A stretch of DNA of 64,000 bases from Octopus bimaculoides (lineage: Eukaryota): assembly GCF_001194135.2 (NCBI RefSeq), contig NC_068985.1:18591285-18655284 (forward strand). The letters are read 5' to 3'. Shown in pieces: positions 25,981 to 36,756 of this stretch. Within the stretch, counting starts at the first letter, position 1; the number at the start of each line of letters is the position of its first letter. The notes below the pieces were generated by a model that saw nothing but the letters and a program-made list of their open reading frames with translations, was not told the DNA's origin and did no database searches. Position numbers and translations under genes: made by a program.

Positions 25981-26876
25981 ATAAGCTCTGAACTTTTTCA
26001 TTCAATACTTATTCAGAATACTCTTTACTACAGTTAATTATGATCACATTTAGCTGAAGTCTTATGATCATTTTAAAGAATTTATTTCATGAACGCCCTT
26101 AACTAGTCTTGCACATCTACGAAAGACATTTAACAAATGCAAAGCTTCTGGACTGTCATCATCTATACATATTCACACAAATTTGGAAAATATACACACA
26201 CACACACAAATATATATACATGTGCATAGAAATCATACATTATACACTATAAACACACTTGCTTAGAATTCAGCATTCATATGTTATAAAAACATAAAGA
26301 CTGGGTATGTTTACAGATTTTTGTTCTCATCCTTCCAGTAAATCCTTTTTCACACACACAGAGGAGTGCTTCTGTGTCTACACTAGAACACAGATTTAGT
26401 GAAAGGATTTAAAAGATTTGTGTCAGCACAAATTATAATCCCTATGATTCAAGAAAGAATGCTGAGACAAAATAACAAGGGGGTTAGGGAGTTACATAAG
26501 ACATAGGATGCATACTAGCACATCTTTTTACTACCAGTTGAATAAGTTAAAGTGTCTATGTATAAATTGCCCTGAGGAAAATTTACAAAGGTTTGTTAGT
26601 GCATATACACTACATACACATATCCATGCATATATATGTGAAAAGCAAAGAGGAGATGGAAAGAGTGGCTATGGGAAAGCAAGGGATAGGAACAGAAATA
26701 TAAGGGATTAGAGTATAAGGGGGTAAAAATTAGGTTTGTTCAATGTTGCTGTAAATGAAACCATCTTAGTAGTTAGCTACCACTTCTCTCATAAAGCAAT
26801 CCCTGCAGTTTTTAATTCCACCTAAACCTATTTTCATGGTTCTCAACCAAAGTGGGTGTGGATAGGTGTTTGCGTG

Positions 26877-26907
<31 letters not shown>

Positions 26908-27261
26908 ANNNNNNNNNNNNNNNNNNNNNNNNNNNNNNNNNNNNNNNNNNNNNNNNNNNNNNNNNNNNNNNNNNNNNNNNNNNNNNNNNNNNNNNNNNNN
27001 NNNNNNNNNNNNNNNNNNNNNNNNNNNNNNNNNNNNNNNNNNNNNNNNNNNNNNNNNNNNNNNNNNNNNNNNNNNNNNNNNNNNNNNNNNNNNNNNNNNN
27101 NNNNNNNNNNNNNNNNNTGAAGATACCCAATGTAAATAAATATTTTACTTATGAACAGGGTTTGAATTTGTATCTTCAGCTGCTAACAACATCATTTCAG
27201 TTTTTAGTCTTTGGCTTGCCATCAAAGTAGATATAAAAAAAAATAAATAAAAAAAACTCAC

Positions 27262-27313
27262 TCCATTCTGAACAGCTCTGCTCTGGTTTACAAGAGAACC
27301 AGGAGTGCTTAAC
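27262..27313 (-). CDS. 52-nt candidate cassette exon of host gene (phase 0 in, phase 1 out: VKHSWFSCKPEQSCSEW)
   Basis: Acceptor ATTACTTTCTAG|G, donor GGA|GTGAGT; joins in frame to exon 10182-10281; coding status unproven. Confidence 0.45.
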
Positions 27314-27529
27314 CTAGAAAGTAATCTAATGCCTTTTTTTTTTATCCCCCACCCCAACACATGCTGCTTTGGCAAGGATGTCTCCATTGGATATTTAATA
27401 ACATATGGAGTGGAAAAAAAAAAAAAAAAAGAAAGATTTCTGTTAAGTAATTCTGGGGATAAAATGAAAGGAATATAGTTAAGACTGCCATCCCATAATG
27501 CTCCTTCCTTACTCCGTCTTCTTTGTCTT

Positions 27530-27895
27530 TTATCTTTTACTTGTTTCAGTCATTGGACAATGGCCATGCTGGAACACCATCTCAAAGGGTTTAGTCAAAC
27601 AAACCAACACCAGGATTATTTTTTAAGGCCAGCATTTATTCTATCAATTCTTTTGCCAAACTGCTAAGTTATGCAGATGTAAACAAACCAACATTAGTTG
27701 TTGTTGGTGGAGGGAGGACAGAAAATCATACATTTATATATGTGTATGAGACAGGCTTCTACACATTTTCTGTCCACCAAATCTACTCACAAGGCTTTGG
27801 TCATCCCAGGACTATAGTAAAAGACACTTGCCCAAGGTGCCATGCAGTGGGATGGAACCCCAAACCACATGATTCCAAAGTGAGCTTGTTAAACA
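27530..27895 (-). mobile_element. SINE family A
   Basis: TTTTACTTGTTTCAGTCATTGG...GACACTTGCCCAAGGTGCCATGCAGTGGGATGGAACCC. Confidence 0.85.
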
Positions 27896-29049
27896 CACAA
27901 AATCATTGTTCTACTGTGTCAAAGCCTTGAAATTACAGAGTGGATTGTAATGTTCATACTTCATGAAATGCATTGGTGTTATATATCAAGAGAAGTAATT
28001 CCAATTGGGAATTAACATTGAATTGTAATTTGGCTTCAGAAGAATTCCCCATCACATGACAGTCTGAGTAATAACGAGATTCTTTATACTGGCACAATAC
28101 CATTAATTAGTGTGGAATGGATATAGTCAATTGGAGTGATTCCAGAGAAACAAAAGGTTAAGTTATGCCCAGCAGGCTTTGAACACAGAATGTAGGGGGA
28201 TGAAGCTAAACATTAAAAGGCATTTAATAGAGTACTAATAATAATTAATATAGTGAGACAAAAGATTTTAAAATTTCTCCTTTAGAGATGAGAAAAGACA
28301 TTGTGTTAATGACTAATTCTGATTAAGAAAAGAACGGGTTATAATCATTGGGTTTTAAATTAGATAAGGAATACAGTAGGGAGCAAGTGATCTTCAGCTA
28401 TATAATGATAGCTCTGGACAAGTTCTGATTTATTGATTCTCATCAGCTAAGCCTAGTCTTCAGTGTAAATATGTGGAGTTATAAATTCAAATACTTTGCT
28501 TAAAACTTACAAAGAATAGATTTAGGTGGAAGTCATTAAAACATGCAGGGATTGCTTTGCGAGAAGTGATAGGGAACTACTGATCTCAGAATAAGTGGAG
28601 AATATATATAAAGTATTCAGTTTGAGACAAGACATTTATTTCACAATTCTTGTATGAAAATGGTACTGATAGTTCATAAAATTGTGTAAGTAAATCATTG
28701 AAAATCAAAATTTGAATTCTTAAGTTAGAAATGTCATTATCATAGAATGTTAATTTTTTTTTTTTTAAACAACAAAAACAGTATATAATTGAAAGAGTAT
28801 GGTACTTTTTAAGAATATTTAGAAACCAGCTTGCATCTTAAATGCAATATAATCAATGTGACTTCACAAGAACAACTAAAACATGATTATGCCTATATAC
28901 CGGAACAAAAACGTATTGGCTGGCAGCAAAATTTTGGTAATTTTCAAATCAGAAACTGGCTCTTAATGCAGTCTCTACAATAAAATGGTTTAACCCCCGA
29001 GATTGAAATAGTTATTTAATATACATTTCATACCTAAAGCCCATTTAGT

Positions 29050-29082
29050 GGATCTGATACATGGAAACTGAAAGAAGCCTAT

Positions 29083-29161
<79 letters not shown>

Positions 29162-29375
29162 GCGAGTGAGTGAGTGAGTGAGTGAGTGAGAGTGTGTTTT
29201 CCTGCTTGACACCCATCATTGGTTTGCTTACATCCCTGTAATTTAGTTGTTTGGCAAAAAGAGAATAATTGAATACCAGACTTTAAAAAAAGTACTGGGG
29301 ACCAATTTGTTCAACTAAACCCTTTAAGGTGGTATCCCACCCAGCATGACCACAGTCTAACTGAAACAAATAAAA
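29050..29375 (+). mobile_element. SINE family A with compound (GA)n(GAGC)n(GAGT)n microsatellite
   Basis: GGAAACTGAAAGAAGCC, CCTGCTTGACA, CAGCATGACCACAGTC motifs. Confidence 0.75.
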
Positions 29376-29641
29376 AATACCTATGAATTTGTAAAATACA
29401 AGAATTATTTTTCCAACACAGATTATGTCTTTACTCCATAGGCTTTTTTTATACACTTGCATTTCACCTTTGGTACTAAAAAAAGGATCCCCATCCCAGA
29501 TTTAGTTATTTAGATAATATACTTAATACATAGTCGAAAGCCATTTTACACATTAAAAGTCTTGATGTTAATGGAGAATCCGCACAAATAGTGAAAAATG
29601 TGCATTCTGTATTTGTTTCCCCAACACAAAAGATGACTCAC

Positions 29642-29685
29642 CATTCATGGCTGTTCACTCAATTCTATTCCAATGGATGGACATT
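29642..29685 (-). CDS. 44-nt exon carrying the probable start codon(s) of the host gene (...CAGCCATGAATG|GT)
   Basis: Near-consensus donor ATG|GTGAGTC; AG acceptor after a (TG)n tract; GCC-ATG context; ATG AAT G joins in frame to exon 10182-10281; local CpG retention. Confidence 0.5.
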
Positions 29686-30609
29686 CTATACTCGCACACA
29701 CACACACACACATATACAAGTGTGCATGTTTGAACATACACAAACACACGCTAAATCACATTCCTCATCTTTATTTTAAGCAAGCTGAATACAACTGAAA
29801 TGTCATAATCCTAAAAATAAATTAGCTCATTCATTAATTTGCTATTACTCCTGATGAGGGAATAATCGCAAGGAATAACCAGCAAACCTGCATTCTCATA
29901 TAATACAGAAATAAATCGGCAATGAAGTTACTCCCAAGTTAAAATTGGTGGTGGTTGAATGGTATAATATGTATCTCCTAAACCTTCAACTAAACCTTTT
30001 TCTTAAATTATTCCATAACCATTATTGTAATTACAGTTTTCACATTAATTTAGCCTAGACAAGCAGAGCAGTTAGAATGTTTGCTACTAAATGTCATTAT
30101 ACAAGCTAGAGCTAAACAATTTCTTTCAGCTATGCTCCCTTACTTTGTGTTCCTACTATAAACTTTGTAAAGATTCCACAACAGAGGATAAACCTATAAA
30201 AACAAAGAATGAAAAATACTAAACAACCTAAGATCCAGATATTGTTTGATTTACTAATATCCCTGCAAAAATTCACAAATTTCTGGTGCCTTAAATCTTG
30301 AAACTATGTACCTCAAGCCATTACATTGGAGAAAATACCCCTAGCAAGTAGGGATACTAACAGAAAAATGAGCTGTAATCAAATCCAAAATACCAGATTA
30401 AAAAAAATAAACACCAGCTCAGAAATTGAGAACTATTCTAAACTAAAATATATGAATTGGTTTATTAAATCATTCCAAACTGAAATAACCAAATACATAT
30501 GCAGTTTTAAATACATACACATGTTCACACTACTTATTGTCCATAAAAATTCTGTGATAATTATCATTTATAGATTCCTTGATGACTGTATTTCCCAATC
30601 CTTGAAGTA

Positions 30610-31900
30610 CAGTCTCAGCTGAAGTCAAGACATGTAAATGTTTCATTGGAGTGAACAGGTGGCACTGCATGCAGGCCAGTTTTTTTCACTTTTTCTCATA
30701 GAACTGAGTTTGTTTCTCTTCCATGTCTTCAATTGCACTCCAACAACAAGACCAACATCATCAATAAATGGATCTTCTACATTTGAAAAGTTGTTGTCAG
30801 ACCTCTTCAAAATGGTCTTCAGCTTGTTTTGGAACCCTTTCCAGCAAAGATAATGATTATAGTGTAGATAAGGTAAAGAAGATCCTACTGAGGAGACAAG
30901 TGTCAAATTTGTAAAATTCCCATGTCCGTAAATCTTATAAGGTACCTGAAAGAATCTCATGGAGACAGTGTAAAGGCCTCCAGAGCCTTAATGTCTCTTA
31001 TTCTGAAGAGTAAAAACACAAGCTGTTCTGTAGATAAGGACCCTAGTATGAAGGCTGAATTCATCTTACTGGTATTACTGGCAGATACACACAACAGGAA
31101 ACTGAGGATTTACTAAAGTTAATGGAGGACTGAGATTACTGGTACATCATTGTGAGACACATCTTGGTTACAACCACTTGGAGGCGATGATGGCTGAGAT
31201 TGTTGTTTAGAATATTTCTGAGCCTTTCAAAGGATACAGAAACTTGTTTGAGGTCATTTAGAATATTACCATCCAAAATGCAATCTAAACTATATATATT
31301 TTATGGTGAATATCAACTTACATCTGAGAACAAGAACTTCTTATACAGACAGCTCTTCTTAAAGCACAGCAGCAAAGGACGTCATAGATGCATGGGCAAC
31401 CAGAGAACCACAAATGCTTTTACCAATGCTACATCTATAGTGAGAATCATGAACGCTCTTACTTATGCTATAAATTACCATGTGCTCCCACAAGTGGAGA
31501 AATTGCAGTATTCTACTAGAGACATGATATCCTACTATTTACAAAGTGTTAGCCATTTTTTTCTGGTTCCAAAAAGTTCCTGTGCATCAAATACATTACA
31601 TTGCTCAAGATGACCAAAACTGAACGACACCAAGATCTCAAATCTGAGAAACATCTACAGGACTGTTCTGACAAGAACCAATGCTTCAATACCTTCAAAG
31701 CAGTCTTACAGTACACTTACTCAACACTTCTTGTATTTTTATTACCTTTGCACTAAGTCATAGACAATCACTGACCCTATGTATGGTTCATTTGTACCTT
31801 TAACAGGCTCCTCTTTTTTTCTTCAAATTTAGTTTCAACCAATCCTCATCACCAAGCTAGACTGGAAAATGTGTCAGTTTAGACACTGTTAACCAACCAT
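30610..31900 (-). pseudogene. Degenerate RTE-clade LINE, RT C-terminal half
   Basis: Minus frames give LKQVSVSFERLRNILNNNLS..CLTMMY, LFRIRDIKALEAF and GFQNKLKTILKRS...TWKRNKL, collinear with the RTE ORF; many stops and frameshifts. Confidence 0.75.
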
Positions 31901-31916
31901 ACCATAGGAAGTACTA

Positions 31917-32043
31917 CAGGGTGTCCACAAAGTCTGAGTACATGGGGATTAACACATACTTTAAGAAATTATTATTTCTTATATTTAATTGTTTATGTTA
32001 TGATTTTATTTACTCCATGTACCCAGACTTTGTGGACACCCTG
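31917..32043. mobile_element. 127-bp Tc1/mariner MITE
   Basis: TIRs CAGGGTGTCCACAAAGTCTG(A/G)GTACATGG at both ends, flanked by TA on both sides. Confidence 0.92.
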
Positions 32044-33499
32044 TAGATTACAACTAGCTACAAGAAAACCTTNNNNNNNNNNNNNNNNNNNNNNNNNNNN
32101 NNNNNNNNNNNNNNNNNNNNNNNNNNNNNNNNNNNNNNNNNNNNNNNNNNNNNNNNNNNNNNNNNNNNNNNNNNNNNNNNNNNNNNNNNNNNTATATATA
32201 TGTTATCTCTTGCAAGGGGAAATTTGTTTAAAAAAAGAATGCACCGGTCCTGTTTCACTTAGTTAATAAATTAGATTAACTTATTCATTGCTTCACTAAT
32301 TCTTTCAGTCAATTAATCAGTTAGTTTGTCATAATTTAGGACCTTATCAAAAACATGCAGTTGTTGCTTCAGGTCTTTCATAATGCATCCACACTGCATG
32401 TATCTGGATTGGCCATTCCTATTTGTTTCAACATAATCTCATATCAGGAATGCATATCTACTCACACACACAGAAGCATGTGTGTAAGTGGCGTGTGTGT
32501 GTGTGTGTGAAAGCATGTGATTTAGTAGTTACACGATTCTGAGTAAGATTCTTGGTCCAGGCAGCATATATTTGATTAAAGCACATTTGTTCATATCACA
32601 CTTGCTCTAGTTTGCTCAGTTGAAACTGTGCAGAATACCAGCCAAGTGCTGTGCAGCCCCACTCTGTCCAATTGTCACATTCTGCATCAAGAGTGGGTGG
32701 CAAATAAATTACCAAAAGCATATTACAAGCTACCATGTCATTCTCATGGGAGACCACTAAACTAAGTCCCTATATATATATAAATAACATGGATACATAG
32801 ATAAGGTGTATAGATGGTACATCCTCTGGGAAAAAAATTATTATATATATATATAAGGTATATAAACATCTGCAAATGCAATCATGTGTATATTCTTTCT
32901 CATATCTACCATCAACATCTTCCCCACACACCACTTTTCTTTCCTATTCACCATAGCCACTACTACATAACTCACCTCCACTTGTCCCTGTACATCTACC
33001 TCCCTCTGCTCTCCCACCCACACATCATCCTATTTTCTTATGCATATTCAGCAGTGGGGAGGGGTATTATACTTCTGCTCTCCACCCTTCCTGCACCGTC
33101 ACTTATCACCTTCTTTCTGACCTCTTTCTTTTGCCTTCTCCCCCCCCATACTGATATTTACCATTAACCACACTTCAACCCTTTTACACCATTCACTACA
33201 TACCACCTGTCACTCTCCTCTTACACTCCTATGAACTTGTCCACTCATCCCACCTGATCCTCAAATCCATATTACCTTATGCACACCTTCTTGCACCTTG
33301 AAAATATGCTCCAACACCTGTCACCAATATTCTTTTCTTTTCAGTTGTAGTCATGTCTCTTTTTTTATAGCAAGAGACACCTGTGTCCATCCTATCATAC
33401 TTCAGCCTCTCAGCACCTGGCATAAAGCCACCTCTCCCTCTGCTACAACTCACTCAGTTTGCTGATGGGGCAGGGTCGTTATTTCTTTGTCTTACTCAT

Positions 33500-33693
33500 T
33501 ACTTGGTGATTTGATTTCTCTAGTGCCGGTGTGACAAAAACACACCCAGTAAACTATAGAATGTTCGGCAATAGGAACAGAATGAAGCTATAGAAACCAT
33601 GCCAAAGCAGACATTGGAGTTCATGCAATCCTCCAGTGGATTGGATCCAAGTCAAAATGTCCAAACCATGCTAGCATGGAAGACTAATGACAA

Positions 33694-33695
<2 letters not shown>
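33500..33695 (+). mobile_element. RTE LINE 3' end, old, followed by (TA)n
   Basis: AGAAACCATGCCAAAGCAGACATTGGAG...CCATGCTAGCATGGAAGAC...TGACAATGA. Confidence 0.65.
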
Positions 33696-33751
<56 letters not shown>

Positions 33752-33894
33752 TCATGCATTCACATATAGCAGATGTGTACTCCATATGCTGCACTCAATA
33801 TAAGATATGGACAAACGAGAGATACTGCTTTCACAGGCCAACTAACTGAGAAAATAAGCTTCATATGCAACATTCACACTGGAACAATATGTAC

Positions 33895-34560
33895 AGAGTG
33901 GTTGGGCTAAATTTTATGAGATTTGTTTTATATCTCATTTTTTGCTTTTTTTTCAGGAACAGCTTTAATATATTGGTGAACGGTCAATGGAAAGCATAAA
34001 GATTAAAGTTGTAATTGAGAAAAAGTTAGCTGACAAGGATTGGAAGCCATCTGAATATTGGAAAAGAATTTCCTGTATCATTATTCACACCAGGTATCAA
34101 AATGCCAACATCATGACTCACTGTGCTGTAAATTCATCCCCACATTTTTGAACAGAGACTTAGGCTCAATTCAGATGGCTATGCGAAGCTGCTGGAAACT
34201 GATCAATCTCTGGCTGGAGAAGGTTGATGATGAAAGGCCATATGTGTGACAATAGGACTTGGCTCTTTGCCATACCTCTAGACAGAGTCAGAAGTGGTTG
34301 GAGAATTTCTATAACTTGAACAGCCCCAATTTTTGGCCTCCTAATTCTCTTGATAGTAATCCCATCGATTACTACATGTAGAGTGCAGTTGAGAAAAAAC
34401 GCCAACTGCTCTGCTTGCAATACCAAGGAAGAGCTGGTGGCCAAGATCAAGATGTTTGATCTTCCCAAGGACACAGTGAGGAATGTATATGCCCAAGTTC
34501 TAGAGCCATCTTGAGGTCACAGTGGAAGTTGAGGGTAGCTACTTTGAATAAACTTATCCT
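33895..34560 (+). pseudogene. Defective Tc1/mariner transposase of the DD37D (maT) group
   Basis: HIFEQRLRLNSDGYAKLLET...RPYV*Q*DLALCHTSRQSQKWL-ENFY...WPPNSLDSNPIDYYM*SAVEK; 36 residues between the second and third D (probably one codon lost); in-frame stops. Confidence 0.85.
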
Positions 34561-35869
34561 CCGGCCATAATCAATTTTTTTTTGGGGTGGGGACAGGATA
34601 TTGTGTTTTCTTTTCCTTTTATGCAAACTGTCAAATTACACCTGAACATCTTGTACTACCAGTACACCAGAATTGTCAGCAAATCAGAAAAGAATACCTT
34701 GCTGTCTTTCTTCTGGTTCTTTACATTGCGATTTCAAATACAGCCAGAGTCAAATATGTATACCAACCTTTCAGTTTTCAGGTGGAATAAAGTACCACTT
34801 GAGTTATAGTTGTATACAGGGGTCAATTTCATTGATTAGCCACTTGCACAAGTTTTTGACTTTGTGCCTGTATTAGAAAAATATTTTTTCCCAGTCTTTA
34901 TGTTCCAAGTTCAATTTCCACCAAGGTCAACTTTGTCTTTCATACTTTCAGAGTCAATAAAGTACCAGTCTAATACTAGAGCTAATGTAAACAATCCCCT
35001 CCCTGTGAAAGTTGCCAGCTTTGTGCCTAAATTTGAAGCATAACCTCATATTACTGGTACTTATTGTGCTGAAACAAAAATAAAAGGCACAGCTGCTCCT
35101 AACAGAATTGAATTCAGATCGATGAGATGATGAACTAGCTTCATAAAAACATCAAATCTATACTGGTTATCTCCAAGATTAATCCTACAATAAACTAGTA
35201 ATAATAACTTGATATTTCACATTAGTTCAGTTGGAGGAATATATGACATAAACTGAAACACACTTCATTTGTTTTTCAATACTATTCTCAAGTGACCTAT
35301 TTTATTGAGGACATTTTTTTATATATGTTGCCACATGGGATTGTCGAACATATTCATTTGAGAAACTATAGTTACAGTAGGTTGGAATCATAGGGAGTTT
35401 GCTGAAGTAATGAAGAACAGTGTTGAGAAAGAGCTTAGTAAAACTACATTAACATAACATTTGATATGTGTCTTTTTCAATGTTCTTGAAACTTGATATC
35501 ACTTGATTTCAGAGCCAGACATTTTTATCCCACATTTTATGCTTCAGTTCTTAAAACTATGACACCATATGAATGTGGAGGGAATATTCAAAAGTGTTTA
35601 CTTCACCAAATCCTTTCATTGAATAGTAATACATCCAGATGACGGTGACGATAGTAAGAATGTTGGTGGTGACAAAAAAAATAGGGCAGAAAGAGAGAGA
35701 AATTCTTTTAGTCTGTCACTTTTCCTATTTTAGGGGTAAGAGTTTTACTAGACAGCCACAAGGATCTAAATACAAATAAAATTTTATATATAAAAAGGAA
35801 AAAGGGATTGTAAACTGATGGTGAATACTGAAAACCCCAGAATTATTTTATATATTTTTTACCAGTTTC

Positions 35870-36215
35870 AGTCATTGGATTGCGGTCATGCTGGGGCACC
35901 ACCTTGAAGGGTTTAGTCTAACAAATCTACCAGAGTAGTTATTTTTTGAAAGTCTAGTACTTATTCTACCAATCTCTTGTCAAACCTCAGTCACAGGGAT
36001 ATAAACAAACCAACTGTCAAGTGGGGGAGGGGGAATACACACATGTGCATGCATACATGTGTGTGACAAGTTTCCACACAATTTTTGTCACCCAAATTCT
36101 CACAAGGTATTGATCAGCCCAGGGCTATAATAAAATACACTTGCCCAAGGTGCCACACAATGGGACTGAACTCAGAATCATACTGCTGCAAAGTAAGCCT
36201 CTTAACCATTCAACC
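35870..36215 (-). mobile_element. SINE family A
   Basis: CAGTTTCAGTCATTGGATTGCGGTCATGCTGGGGCACCACC...CACTTGCCCAAGGTGCCACAC. Confidence 0.85.
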
Positions 36216-36245
36216 ACGTCTGCATCTATTTGAAGAAAAATTATC

Positions 36246-36756
36246 AGTAGGCCCAGGAAGACCTGGGTTGAGGTGGTGAGGCAAGACCTTCGTACATTGG
36301 GCCTCACCGAGGCGATGACTACTGACCGAGACCTTTGGAAATGTGCTGTGCGTGAGAAGACCCGGCAAGCCAAGTAAGATCGTTGCCAGTGCCCCTGGAC
36401 TGGCTCTTGTGCGGGTGGCACATGAGATGCACCATTTTGAGCGTGGCCGTTGCCAGTACCGCCTGACTGGCTCCCGTAGGATTTTCGAGCGAGATCGTTG
36501 CCAGTGCCCCTGGACTGGCTTGTGCGGATGGCACATAAAAGACACCATTTCGAGCGTGGCCGTTTTCGTGCGGGTGACACGTAAAAGCACCCACTACACT
36601 CTCTGAGTGGTTGGCGTTAGGAAGGGCATCCAGCTGTAGAAACTCTGCCAAATTAGATTGGAGCCTGGTGTTGCCATCCGGTTTCACCAGTCCTCAGTCA
36701 AATCGTCCAACCCATGCTAGCATGGAAAGCGGACGTTAAACGATGATGATGATGAT
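36246..36756 (+). mobile_element. Young 5'-truncated RTE LINE (ORF C-terminus, modular 3' UTR, (GAT)n tail)
   Basis: Open frame SRPRKTWVEVVRQDLRTLGLTEAMTTDRDLWKCAVREKTRQAK* (stop 36375-36377), CpG-rich, ends GGACGTTAAACGATGATGATGATGAT. Confidence 0.92.

Noticed and set aside
29851-29890. Second CTGATGAG hammerhead-like core
   Set aside because: No GAAAC after a closed stem II and no stems I/III
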